From: an uncultured bacterium
GTDB lineage: Bacteria > Zixibacteria > MSB-5A5 > SM1-73
Reading direction: 5' to 3'
DNA length: 47,897 nucleotides
Assembly (NCBI GenBank): GCA_965369445.1
Contig: CBDUQU010000003.1
Location: 1-47,897 of the forward strand
Part shown: piece after piece, positions 1-8,275 of the stretch
Layout: every line of letters starts with the position of its first letter
Numbering within the stretch: the stretch's first letter is position 1
Made by a program: the position numbers and the translations under genes
The notes under the pieces: generated by a model
The model's database searches: none
What the model was told of the DNA's origin: nothing
The model's input: only the letters and a program-made list of their open reading frames with translations

Positions 1-129
1 CGCATAACATCCCAAACACCGTTTCAAGTGCTAGCTATCCCGCGCCGGAGCTGTGGGCCGCCCGCCCACCCTCCGATCCGGCATGCCCGGCCTTGCCTCC
101 TGCAAATACAACCTCTCTTAACAACGGAT

Positions 130-158
130 ATTATAGCTCGCAAATGTGTAGAAGTCAA
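130..158 (-). promoter_or_regulatory. sigma70-type promoter firing leftwards out of the window
   Basis: Minus strand TTGACT (158-153), 17 bp, TATAAT (135-130). Confidence 0.7.
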
Positions 159-181
159 GGAAAATGTTAGGAAATTAACTT

Positions 182-406
182 AGAACCCCCTGTCTCCCCC
201 TTCTCAGGGGGACAAATACAAGAACCCCCTGTCCTAAACCCCTTGCCCTACGGATCTTCGATATCAGGGGGACAAATCCATGCGGTGCGGACAGTTCGAC
301 TTCGCTCACTGTCCCTACGACTTCGCGCTCCTGTTCGTGGTGGGCGGAGGTTTCGTACATCTAAAGAGTCGGATAGTCCCCCACACGGGGGACATATCCG
401 ACCTAC
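182..406. repeat. Cluster of REP-like palindromes and short direct repeats downstream of suhB
   Basis: AGAACCCCCTGTC at 182 and 221; TCAGGGGGACAAAT at 204 and 264; hairpins 289-314 and 368-402, each followed by CTAC (GTAG on minus strand). Confidence 0.65.
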
Positions 407-409
407 GGA

Positions 410-1207
410 CTACGACAGTTTCAAGATGTCAATCATCTGTTGGTGTATTTTGCCGTTGGAGGCCAATATCTCTTTCAGATGGATATTGAACTGTCCTCCG
501 GAAAAATCTGTCACCTTGCCGCCAGCCTCCGTAACGAGCAAGCTTCCGGCTGCCGTATCCCAGGGGGAGAGCTTCAACTCCCAGAACCCGTCGAATCTGC
601 CCATCGCCAGATAGCACAGGTCCAGGGCGGCTGAACCTGCTCTCCTGAGGGCTTGGGCTCGCTTGTAGAAGTTGGTGAAATGATCCAGATTGTCGATTTC
701 AGACGTTCTTATATCATAAGGAAAGCCGGTCGCCAGGAGGCTTAGTGACAGGTCGGCCGCCGGCGATACAGAGATTTTGCGCTTCGTTTTCTCGAATTCC
801 CCTCCTTTATATAGGAAAGCCCCTTTGCCTTTCTCTGCCACGAAAAGCTCGTCTAAGTTGGGGTTGTATACCACGCCCAGAATGGACTGTTGTCTTTTCT
901 GCAGGGCGATTGACACGCAGTAAATCGGGAAGTCGTGAGCATAGTTGGTGGTGCCATCCAGGGGATCGATCACCCAGTTGTATTCGGACCGCGACTCCTT
1001 ACCGCAGCTTTCCTCGGTCAAAATTCCGTGGTCGGGGAACTCGCCGGTGATTGTCCGGATGATCGACTCCTCGGAAAGCCGATCCACCTCGGTAACCAGG
1101 TTCACCTCGTCTTTGAATTCAATCTCTTTAACCTTTCCGGAATGTTCCCGGAGTATATCTCCTGCCCTCAAAGCGGCCTGAATAGCGATGGTTGTGTGCT
1201 GTTCCAT
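410..1207 (-). CDS. suhB: Inositol monophosphatase family protein (SuhB)
   Basis: Motifs LVTEVD, EE, WVIDPLDGTTNY, RRAGSAALDL, WDTAAG; 265 aa. Confidence 0.92.
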   Translation of the reverse strand: MEQHTTIAIQAALRAGDILREHSGKVKEIEFKDEVNLVTEVDRLSEESIIRTITGEFPDHGILTEESCGKESRSEYNWVIDPLDGTTNYAHDFPIYCVSIALQKRQQSILGVVYNPNLDELFVAEKGKGAFLYKGGEFEKTKRKISVSPAADLSLSLLATGFPYDIRTSEIDNLDHFTNFYKRAQALRRAGSAALDLCYLAMGRFDGFWELKLSPWDTAAGSLLVTEAGGKVTDFSGGQFNIHLKEILASNGKIHQQMIDILKLS

Positions 1208-1261
1208 TTCCTCTCCCTTGTCAATGGCAGATTCCGATTAATGTCGCGCTCACCTTGGAAA

Positions 1262-1289
1262 AGAATATCCTTTTCAGATTTTAAATCAA
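1262..1289 (-). promoter_or_regulatory. Putative sigma70 promoter of suhB
   Basis: Minus strand TTGATT, 16 bp, TATTCT, about 55 nt upstream of the start. Confidence 0.4.
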
Positions 1290-1332
1290 GACTTTTTGTT
1301 TTGTTTCCGTAGAAATGTTGTTAAGATTCGTC

Positions 1333-1360
1333 TTGCTTTTTTATTTGGATTTTCTATATT
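1333..1360 (+). promoter_or_regulatory. Putative sigma70 promoter of the tRNA cluster
   Basis: TTGCTT, 16 bp, TATATT in an AT-rich divergent intergenic region. Confidence 0.45.
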
Positions 1361-1490
1361 CGGTACGCAGTCGCATGGCGTGTGGTTGTGGATCGAACAC
1401 AGTGAGAATACAACTCAGGTAGATCGGCACAAGGCCGATTAAATTAGTGAACGCGCGGCAAGATCAGATGTAATGAGTTCCGACTATTTT

Positions 1491-1573
1491 GGAGAGGTAC
1501 CCAAGTGGCCAAAGGGAACAGACTGTAAATCTGTCGGCTGATGCCTTCGAAGGTTCGAATCCTTCCCTCTCCA
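1491..1573 (+). tRNA. tRNA-Tyr(GTA)
   Basis: Acceptor GGAGAGG/CCTCTCC, anticodon arm ACAGA-CTGTAAA-TCTGT, long variable arm, GGTTCGAATCC; CCA not encoded. Confidence 0.97.
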
Positions 1574-1579
1574 TTTTTT

Positions 1580-1663
1580 GGTTCATAGTTCAGGGTTCAT
1601 TGTTCATAGCAAAGGTTTTACGTGGGTGGAGAGGAGAACCCACCAACCATGAACAAGGGAACT
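1580..1663. repeat. Inverted pair of heptamer (NGTTCAN) arrays around a short core, copy 1
   Basis: ggttcat agttcag ggttcat tgttcat (1580-1607) and the approximate reverse complement aaccatgaacaagggaact (1645-1663). Confidence 0.75.
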
Positions 1664-1676
1664 CGGCAGTAAACGT

Positions 1677-1731
1677 GCGGGAGTAACTCAGTTGGTAGAG
1701 TTATCCCGCCGTTGGCGGGATCGGTCGCGGG
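1677..1731 (+). pseudogene. Truncated tRNA-Gly-like copy 1
   Basis: First 26 nt identical to the tRNA-Gly at 2136, then palindrome ATCCCGCCGTTGGCGGGAT (1703-1721) and CGGTCGCGGG; T-loop and 3' half missing. Confidence 0.85.
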
Positions 1732-1741
1732 ATGTTAAATC

Positions 1742-1830
1742 GGTTCATGGTTCACGGTTCACAGTTCACGGTAAAACCTTTGCATGGGTGGTGTGGAGAA
1801 CCACCAACTGTGAACTACGAACTATGAACT
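1742..1830. repeat. Inverted pair of heptamer (RGTTCAY) arrays around a short core, copy 2
   Basis: ggttcat ggttcac ggttcac agttcac (1742-1769) and aactgtgaactacgaactatgaact (1806-1830); core homologous to copy 1. Confidence 0.8.
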
Positions 1831-1843
1831 CGGCAGTAAACGT

Positions 1844-1902
1844 GCGGGAGTAACTCAGTTGGTAGAGTCATCCCGCCGTTGGCGGGATCGGTCGCAGGTT
1901 CG
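1844..1902 (+). pseudogene. Truncated tRNA-Gly-like copy 2
   Basis: tRNA-Gly 5' 25 nt, palindrome 1870-1888, CGGTCGCAGGTTCG; no 3' T-stem or acceptor strand. Confidence 0.85.
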
Positions 1903-1941
1903 TGGAAGTAGATAATATGTAGATAATGGAAACAAAGCATT

Positions 1942-2002
1942 GCGGGAGTAACTCAGTTGGTAGAGTCATCCCGCCGTTGGCGGGATCGGTCGCAGGTTCG
2001 AG
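1942..2002 (+). pseudogene. Truncated tRNA-Gly-like copy 3
   Basis: Same unit; palindrome 1968-1986; ends GCAGGTTCGAG. Confidence 0.85.
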
Positions 2003-2038
2003 GAAGTAGATAATATGTAGATACGGAAACAAAGCATT

Positions 2039-2099
2039 GCGGGAGTAACTCAGTTGGTAGAGTTATCCCGCCGTTGGCGGGATCGGTCGCAGGTTCGAG
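2039..2099 (+). pseudogene. Truncated tRNA-Gly-like copy 4
   Basis: Same unit; palindrome 2065-2083; 97-bp period with its neighbours. Confidence 0.85.
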
Positions 2100-2135
2100 G
2101 AAGTAGGAAATATGTAGATTTGGAAACAGAACATT

Positions 2136-2208
2136 GCGGGAGTAACTCAGTTGGTAGAGTTACAGCCTTCCAAGCTGTCTGTCGCGGGTTCGAGCCCCGT
2201 CTCCCGCT
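2136..2208 (+). tRNA. tRNA-Gly(TCC)
   Basis: GCGGGAG/CTCCCGC acceptor, ACAGC-CTTCCAA-GCTGT anticodon arm, GCGGG-TTCGAGC-CCCGT T arm, discriminator T; CCA not encoded. Confidence 0.97.
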
Positions 2209-2522
2209 CTTTTTTTGCTTGAGTCCGGCAGGGCGTCGCGTTTTGTTTTCTTCTCACCGGTTTTTATTCCGCCGCTTTAAAGGGATCGCCAATACTGAAA
2301 GAATAAGATTACCCATTCAGAGGAGGCTATTTTTGACGATAAGACTTAATGGTGGAGTATGCGCTCCGAGACGAAGACATTGATGCCCGGCATGTAGTAG
2401 TAGACGGATAGAATCCGGAGGATTCAATAGAAGCAGATTTTGCCTCGATCGTTTCTGCTGATGTATAGTCAGCCTCTTCCAAAAGATGAAAGGCTGTCAG
2501 TCGAAAAACCGCGGAGTTTAAG

Positions 2523-3089
2523 GTGCTTTCCATGATTGAGGATATAAAGGCCATATACAGAAACGACCCTGCTGTCAGAAACCTCGAGTTTCTGCTCTAC
2601 TCCGGATTTCACGCCATCTTCATTCACCGCTTCACCCATCTTTTGTGGAAGTTGAGGATACCCTTCCTCCCCCGGCTGTTTTCTCAGATCGCAAGGTTTT
2701 TGACCGGGGTTGAGATACACCCGGGTGCGAAGATCGGGAGAGGATTCTTCATCGATCACGGCATGGGCGTGGTGATCGGAGAGACCACCCGGATCGGCAA
2801 GGACTGCGTACTCTTCCATAACGTTACCCTGGGCGGCACCGGCAAACACAAAGGAAAGAGGCACCCCACCATAGGGGACAACGTGATGATTGGAACCGGA
2901 GCGACTCTCCTGGGGCCCATAAAAGTGGGCAATAACGTGAGGATCGGGGCCAACACCTTTATTCTGATGCGGGATGTTCCCGGCAACACCACCGTGGCAG
3001 GCACGCCGGGGAGGATCGTGAAAATGAACGGGCAAGAGGTAAGTATGAAATTGCCGAGGTCCGAGGAAGGTCAAACAGAAGCGGCGTAA
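2523..3089 (+). CDS. cysE: Serine O-acetyltransferase (short CysE/EpsC type); start may be ATG 2532
   Basis: DPA motif, [42 protein letters not shown] hexapeptide repeats. Confidence 0.9.
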   Translation: MLSMIEDIKAIYRNDPAVRNLEFLLYSGFHAIFIHRFTHLLWKLRIPFLPRLFSQIARFLTGVEIHPGAKIGRGFFIDHGMGVVIGETTRIGKDCVLFHNVTLGGTGKHKGKRHPTIGDNVMIGTGATLLGPIKVGNNVRIGANTFILMRDVPGNTTVAGTPGRIVKMNGQEVSMKLPRSEEGQTEAA

Positions 3090-3106
3090 AAAACGTAAGA
3101 TTCTTC

Positions 3107-3134
3107 TTGACAAGCTTTAACGGTCGATTATATT
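3107..3134 (+). promoter_or_regulatory. sigma70 promoter for tRNA-Thr/tuf
   Basis: TTGACA, 16 bp, TATATT; overlapped by inverted repeat ACAAGCTTT (3110-3118) / AAAGCTTGT (3136-3144). Confidence 0.65.
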
Positions 3135-3316
3135 AAAAGCTTGTTACATTGGGGATTAGCATCTTCAGATGTTAATTCTGATTTTTATTGGTCGAAAAAT
3201 TGCTGTTTGGATCGCGCCCGCTTAGAAAATGCCGGGCTTACTTTTCTTCGGTTGTTTGGGAGGCGGAGCGTTTGTTATAAAAAGGATCTATAGGCTGAAA
3301 GAGACCTTCGATAGTT

Positions 3317-3392
3317 GCCCATGTAGCTCAGTTGGTAGAGCACATCCTTGGTAAGGATGAGGTCACCAGTTCAATCCTGGTCGTGGGCTCCA
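3317..3392 (+). tRNA. tRNA-Thr(GGT)
   Basis: GCCCATG/CGTGGGC acceptor, CATCC-TTGGTAA-GGATG, TTCAATC loop, encoded CCA. Confidence 0.97.
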
Positions 3393-3473
3393 TAAAGTCC
3401 AGGGTCAAACATTCCGGGATCGTACACGAAGGGAAGATACTGAAAATTAGCACAAAGGCTTGGAGGTTGACTT

Positions 3474-4679
3474 ATGGCCAAGGAGAAATTTGTACGGACG
3501 AAGCCGCACGTTAACGTTGGTACGATAGGCCACGTTGATCATGGTAAGACCACGCTGGTTGCGGCGATAACGTATGTATTGAATCGTCAGGGTTTGGCGG
3601 AGTCACAGAGTTATGATGAGATAGACAACGCCCCGGAGGAGAAGGCCCGTGGTTTGACCATTAATGTTCATCATGCGGAGTATGAGACGAAGAATCGTCA
3701 TTATGCTCACATCGATTGTCCTGGTCATGCGGATTACATCAAGAACATGATCACGGGAGCGGCTCAGATGGACGGTGCGGTATTGGTTGTATCTGCGGCG
3801 GATGGACCCATGCCTCAGACCCGGGAGCACATACTTTTGGCCCGTCAGGTAGGGGTTCCGTGTATGATAGTTTTCATGAACAAAACGGACATGGTGGACG
3901 ATCCGGAGCTGTTGGATTTGGTTGAGTTGGAGGTACGGGAGCTTCTCAAGGCGTATCAGTTTCCCGGGGATGATGTACCGGTGATACGTGGTAGTGCCTT
4001 GCAGGCGATGCAGGAGGGGGAGAAGACGGATGTAAAGGATCATCCTTCTTTCAAGCCGATCAACGAGTTATTGGCAGCCATGGATGAGTATATACCTGAG
4101 CCCAAGCGTGACGTTGACAAGCCTTTTTTGATGCCGGTTGAGGACGTGTTCAGCATCACCGGTCGTGGTACGGTGGGCACGGGTCGGGTTGATCGGGGTA
4201 AGGTCAAGGTAGGGGATGATGTCGAGCGTGTAGGGATAAGGGAGACCAAGAAGACGGTGGTGACCGGGGTTGAGATGTTTCGGAAGCTATTGGACTATGC
4301 TCAGGCTGGGGACAATGTGGGATTGCTTTTGCGTGGTATAGACAAGGATGATCTGGAGCGGGGCATGGTGATAGCGGCACCCAAGAGCATCACCCCTCAC
4401 ACCAAATTTAAGGGGGAGGTATACGTATTGACCAAGGAGGAGGGCGGACGTCACACTCCGTTTTTCCCTGGTTACCGGCCCCAGTTTTATTTTCGGACCA
4501 CGGACGTAACCGGCGTGATCAAGTTACCGGAGGGAGTTGAGATGGTTATGCCGGGGGACAACGTCACCATGGAGATTGAGCTGATCACCCCCATAGCCAT
4601 GGAGAAGGAGCTGCGCTTTGCCATCCGGGAGGGAGGACGCACGGTGGGAGCAGGCGTGGTGGGCGAGGTGATAGAATAG
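3474..4679 (+). CDS. tuf: Elongation factor Tu (copy 1)
   Basis: [21 protein letters not shown]; 401 aa; canonical position after tRNA-Thr. Confidence 0.99.
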   Translation: MAKEKFVRTKPHVNVGTIGHVDHGKTTLVAAITYVLNRQGLAESQSYDEIDNAPEEKARGLTINVHHAEYETKNRHYAHIDCPGHADYIKNMITGAAQMDGAVLVVSAADGPMPQTREHILLARQVGVPCMIVFMNKTDMVDDPELLDLVELEVRELLKAYQFPGDDVPVIRGSALQAMQEGEKTDVKDHPSFKPINELLAAMDEYIPEPKRDVDKPFLMPVEDVFSITGRGTVGTGRVDRGKVKVGDDVERVGIRETKKTVVTGVEMFRKLLDYAQAGDNVGLLLRGIDKDDLERGMVIAAPKSITPHTKFKGEVYVLTKEEGGRHTPFFPGYRPQFYFRTTDVTGVIKLPEGVEMVMPGDNVTMEIELITPIAMEKELRFAIREGGRTVGAGVVGEVIE

Positions 4680-4755
4680 GTCAACGGGCTTGAGTAGATT
4701 TAGCCGGATAGGTCCGAAGGAAGAGAACATTCTCTGTTTTGAGGAATAGAGGTCT

Positions 4756-4908
4756 ATGCCCAGAGATATCATAACCATAGCTTGCGAGGCGTGCAAGCAG
4801 AGGAATTACACTACGACCAAGAACAAAAGAAAACACTCAGAGCGGGTGAACTATAAGAAGTTTTGCCCGTTCTGCAACAAGCATACCAAACATAAGGAAA
4901 CCAGGTAA
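4756..4908 (+). CDS. rpmG: 50S ribosomal protein L33 (Zn-ribbon type; not in the ORF track)
   Basis: Hand translation [50 protein letters not shown]. Confidence 0.96.
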   Translation: MPRDIITIACEACKQRNYTTTKNKRKHSERVNYKKFCPFCNKHTKHKETR

Positions 4909-5135
4909 GAGGCGAGGAAATCTCTACAAAGACGCAACGGGAATATAATTCGAATTTGCTCCGGCGAAAAACTCCGTATTTCTCATTATTCGAGATCCTG
5001 CCAAACCGTGTTCCGGAACGGATAGAATGGCCTTTTGTCACAAAGTGAGTGGGTTAACGTTGGAAGGATGAGAGCTTTCAGGTCACTCGCATTGGAATTC
5101 TCGTTCAGGAGAAAAACCAGAGGTAATAATAGAAC

Positions 5136-5212
5136 AGGTCTGTAGCTCTAATTGGTAGAGCGCCGGTCTCCAAAACCGGATGTTGGGGGTTCGAGTCCCT
5201 CCAGACCTGCCA
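5136..5212 (+). tRNA. tRNA-Trp(CCA)
   Basis: AGGTCTG/CAGACCT acceptor, CCGGT-CTCCAAA-ACCGG, encoded CCA; upstream of secE. Confidence 0.97.
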
Positions 5213-5230
5213 ACAGGATATTCTTACGCT

Positions 5231-5416
5231 ATGTTTGAAAAGATAAAGCAGTTTATAAAGGACGTCAGATTCGAGCTTGGCAAGGTCACCTGGACCAGCA
5301 GGGAGGAGTTGATTTATTCCACCATCATGGTGGCAGTGGTATCCCTGGTTCTGGCGATCTTCGTTGGCGCGGTTGATGTGGTGCTCTCCAATCTGGTCAG
5401 CTTGCTTTTGGGGTGA
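5231..5416 (+). CDS. secE: Preprotein translocase subunit SecE
   Basis: ELGKVTW motif plus one TM helix; start moved to ATG 5231, after the tRNA. Confidence 0.93.
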   Translation: MFEKIKQFIKDVRFELGKVTWTSREELIYSTIMVAVVSLVLAIFVGAVDVVLSNLVSLLLG

Positions 5417-5467
5417 AAGATTCAAGGTGCGATTTTCGCTTTACGTGGAGGATTGATCCAAAGATAG

Positions 5468-5998
5468 ATGGACAAGAAATGGTTTGTGGCTCACACCTAT
5501 TCAGGTCATGAGCAGAAGGCTAAAAGGTACTTGGAAAGTGCCATAGTCACGCATGGGCTGGAGGATGAGATGGGAACGGTGCTGGTTCCCACCGAGACTG
5601 TGGTGGAGATGAAGCAGGGAAAAAGATCCACCACGGTCAGAAAATTCCTTCCCAGCTACATTCTGGTGGAGATGGCGCTGACCAAGGAGACCGCCCTCCT
5701 GGTGACCAGCACGCCCGGGGTCACGAGTTTCGTGGGTGCCCAGGGTAAACCCGTCCCCCTAAAGCCTGAGGAGGTAGAGAGGCTCTTAAAGCAAGTTGAA
5801 CGTGGACGAACCAGAGACTTTGAGGAGGTTCCCTTCAAAACCGGGGATCAGGTTAAGGTCATCGATGGACCTTTTACCGATTTCTCCGGTTTCGTGAGTG
5901 AGGTGGATCAGGAGCGGAAGAAGCTGAAGGTGATGGTGAGCATCTTCGGACGACCCACCCCGGTGGAACTTGATTTCCTCCAGGTTCAGAACCTTTAG
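5468..5998 (+). CDS. nusG: Transcription termination/antitermination factor NusG
   Basis: WFVAHTYSGHE, KOW motif VIDGPF, IFGRPTPVEL. Confidence 0.98.
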   Translation: MDKKWFVAHTYSGHEQKAKRYLESAIVTHGLEDEMGTVLVPTETVVEMKQGKRSTTVRKFLPSYILVEMALTKETALLVTSTPGVTSFVGAQGKPVPLKPEEVERLLKQVERGRTRDFEEVPFKTGDQVKVIDGPFTDFSGFVSEVDQERKKLKVMVSIFGRPTPVELDFLQVQNL

Positions 5999-6220
5999 CC
6001 CGTTTTCCGAAGAGCTTTGGAAAAGGTGCCGGAGGCCTTTGCAGTCGGCGATTGTCCCGAGAGGGAACAGAACAGAGGAGAGCTTCAACCTTCAAGAGGT
6101 TCTCGTTCCCGTAAGCGGAATGATGAATAGGTAACTGAAAAAACTAATCTGCTGGCGTTGCTTCGAGCAGCTGTTCCCGAAGGACGCCGTCTACAACAAA
6201 GTAGGGAGACTCAGAGAAAA

Positions 6221-6646
6221 GTGGCCAAGAAGATAATAGGAAACGTCAAGCTTCAAATCCCGGCGGGAAACGCTACTCCCGCTCCCCCGGTGGGACCGGC
6301 GCTCGGCCAGTTCGGGATGAATATGATGGATTTCTGCAAGCAGTTCAACTCCCGGACACAAAAGCAAGCGGGTCTGATAATTCCGGTGGTGATAGCCATC
6401 TATGCGGATAAGTCCTTTTCCTTCATCACCAAAACTCCTCCCGCCTCGGTGCTTTTGAAGAAGGCGGCCAAGGTGGAGAAGGGTTCGGGAGAGCCCAATC
6501 GCGTAAAGGTGGGTCAGGTTACCCGAGCGCAGGTAAAGGAGATCGCGGAGCTGAAGATGAAGGACTTAAACGCATCCGGCGTGGAGTCGGCCATGAGGCA
6601 GGTGGAAGGAACCGCCAGAAGCATGGGTATACTGGTCGTGGACTGA
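6221..6646 (+). CDS. rplK: 50S ribosomal protein L11
   Basis: [19 protein letters not shown]; GTG start at 6221. Confidence 0.97.
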   Translation: MAKKIIGNVKLQIPAGNATPAPPVGPALGQFGMNMMDFCKQFNSRTQKQAGLIIPVVIAIYADKSFSFITKTPPASVLLKKAAKVEKGSGEPNRVKVGQVTRAQVKEIAELKMKDLNASGVESAMRQVEGTARSMGILVVD

Positions 6647-6679
6647 TAGAAAGCCAAAGCAGGGAGTGTGAAGCAAGCT

Positions 6680-7384
6680 ATGAAAAGAGGCAAGAAATAC
6701 CGGCAGGCCAAAGAAGAGATAGGGAAGGGGAAGTCGTACGAGTTGGCTGAGGCCATCAAAAAGCTCAAAGGATGCGCCTTTGCCAAGTTCGACGAGACGG
6801 TGGAGATGTCGCTCCGACTGGGGGTGGATCCAAAACACGCCGACCAGATGGTCCGGGGAACTACCCTCCTGCCCAATGGAACCGGAAAAAAGGTGAAAGT
6901 CTTAGTCTTAACCAAGGGAGAAAAGGAAAAGGAGGCCCAGGAGGCGGGAGCAGATTTCGTGGGACTGGAGGAGTACATCGAAAAGATCACCAAGGGCTGG
7001 TTGGACGTAGACGTGGTGGTCGCCACACCGGACGTAATGAGTCAGGTGGGAAAGCTGGGGAAGATACTGGGAACCAAAAGGATGATGCCCAACCCTAAAT
7101 CCGGAACGGTGACCTTCGACGTGGCCAAGGCGGTAAAGGAGCTTAAGGCGGGAAAGATCGAATTTCGAGTGGACAAGGGTGGAAACATCGGAGCGTCAAT
7201 AGGCAAACTCTCCTTTTCCGAGGAACAGCTGTACGAAAACGCCAAGGTTTTCTTAGACGTGATAGTCCGAGCCAAACCGGCCGCCGCCAAGGGAACCTAT
7301 TTGAAGAACGCGTCCATCTCCTCCTCTCTGGGACCTGGCGTCAGGTTGGATACGTCATCCATCTTGAACGTGCTCAAGCAATAG
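6680..7384 (+). CDS. rplA: 50S ribosomal protein L1
   Basis: [22 protein letters not shown]; ATG 6680 preferred. Confidence 0.97.
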   Translation: MKRGKKYRQAKEEIGKGKSYELAEAIKKLKGCAFAKFDETVEMSLRLGVDPKHADQMVRGTTLLPNGTGKKVKVLVLTKGEKEKEAQEAGADFVGLEEYIEKITKGWLDVDVVVATPDVMSQVGKLGKILGTKRMMPNPKSGTVTFDVAKAVKELKAGKIEFRVDKGGNIGASIGKLSFSEEQLYENAKVFLDVIVRAKPAAAKGTYLKNASISSSLGPGVRLDTSSILNVLKQ

Positions 7385-7505
7385 AGCTTGCTTGTCTTTA
7401 GAATTCCCCGGACTGGAGTTTCAGGACAGGGTGTCGGGGATTGAATTTGTTGAAGAGTTGTTGGTGCCGTCGACTCAAGTGAAAAAGTTTAAAAGGACTT
7501 AGCTT

Positions 7506-8030
7506 ATGTTGAAAGTTGAAAAGGAAAAGACGGTGGATGAGTTGAGGGAGAAGTTCTCCTTGACCAAGAGCCTTTTTCTTACGGATTTCAGAGGACTCAA
7601 CGTAGAGCAAATGACCGATTTAAGAAGGGATCTAAAAGAGAAAAAGGCGGAATACAGGATCACCAAGAACAGCTTGATTCGGCTGGCGGCCAGGGAGAGC
7701 AGATTTGAGGGGGTCTTAGATTACCTCAAGGGTCCCACCGGGCTGGTCTTCAGCTTTGAGGATCCGGTCAGCCCAGCGAAGGTGCTGTACGAGATTCATA
7801 AGAAGGTTGAGAAGCCGAAGATCAAGATCATCTGGATGGAGGGGAAACTGCTTGACGAAAACCACCTCAAGAGCTTAGCCGCCCTCCCCTCCAAGGACGT
7901 CATCCTGACTCAGATCGTCTTTGGCCTTAACTCCCCTCTGGCGAATCTCGTGGGAACCCTGCAGGGGGTGATGAGAAACTTCGTAGGAGTCTTGGACGCC
8001 GTACGAGAAGCCCGATCAAAGGCGGTTTGA
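7506..8030 (+). CDS. rplJ: 50S ribosomal protein L10
   Basis: DFRGLNV, KNSL, GPT, LAALPS; synteny. Confidence 0.96.
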   Translation: MLKVEKEKTVDELREKFSLTKSLFLTDFRGLNVEQMTDLRRDLKEKKAEYRITKNSLIRLAARESRFEGVLDYLKGPTGLVFSFEDPVSPAKVLYEIHKKVEKPKIKIIWMEGKLLDENHLKSLAALPSKDVILTQIVFGLNSPLANLVGTLQGVMRNFVGVLDAVREARSKAV

Positions 8031-8275
8031 GATTATCCTTAAGGTCGCGTTCCGGGAGTAGCACTATTGAGGTGACCATAAGAGAGGATCGAAGATTTTA
8101 TTTGTGAAGTAAGGTGAACATATACGACCAGGGCAGTGTAAACTGTGCTGTCGGCCTCGAAGTGTCCGGGTGGCGCTTCTAAACGAGCCCAGAGGGTCCG
8201 TTTCACCCAACAGAATCGAGGAGGAGACGAGAAGGTAAGGCAAAAGTTAATGCTAATGCGGAGGTTGAAGAAATC

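Noticed and set aside
1677-2099. Four additional functional tRNAs (for example Asn-GTT)
   Set aside because: No 3' T-stem or acceptor strand, and no canonical anticodon loop (no U33; the loop is closed by base pairs).
1677-2160. CRISPR array (palindromic repeats at ~97-bp period)
   Set aside because: The repeats are ~60 nt and tRNA-derived, the spacers are homologous to each other, and there are no cas genes.
1489-2383. ORFs 1489-1686 and 2054-2383
   Set aside because: They overlap tRNA genes and repeats and show no protein motifs.
2327-2554. 75-aa minus-strand ORF upstream of cysE
   Set aside because: Ser-rich, overlaps the cysE start, no RBS or recognisable domain.
2209-3316. Integrative element or prophage at tRNA-Gly
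   Set aside because: No integrase, phage genes or att duplication seen.
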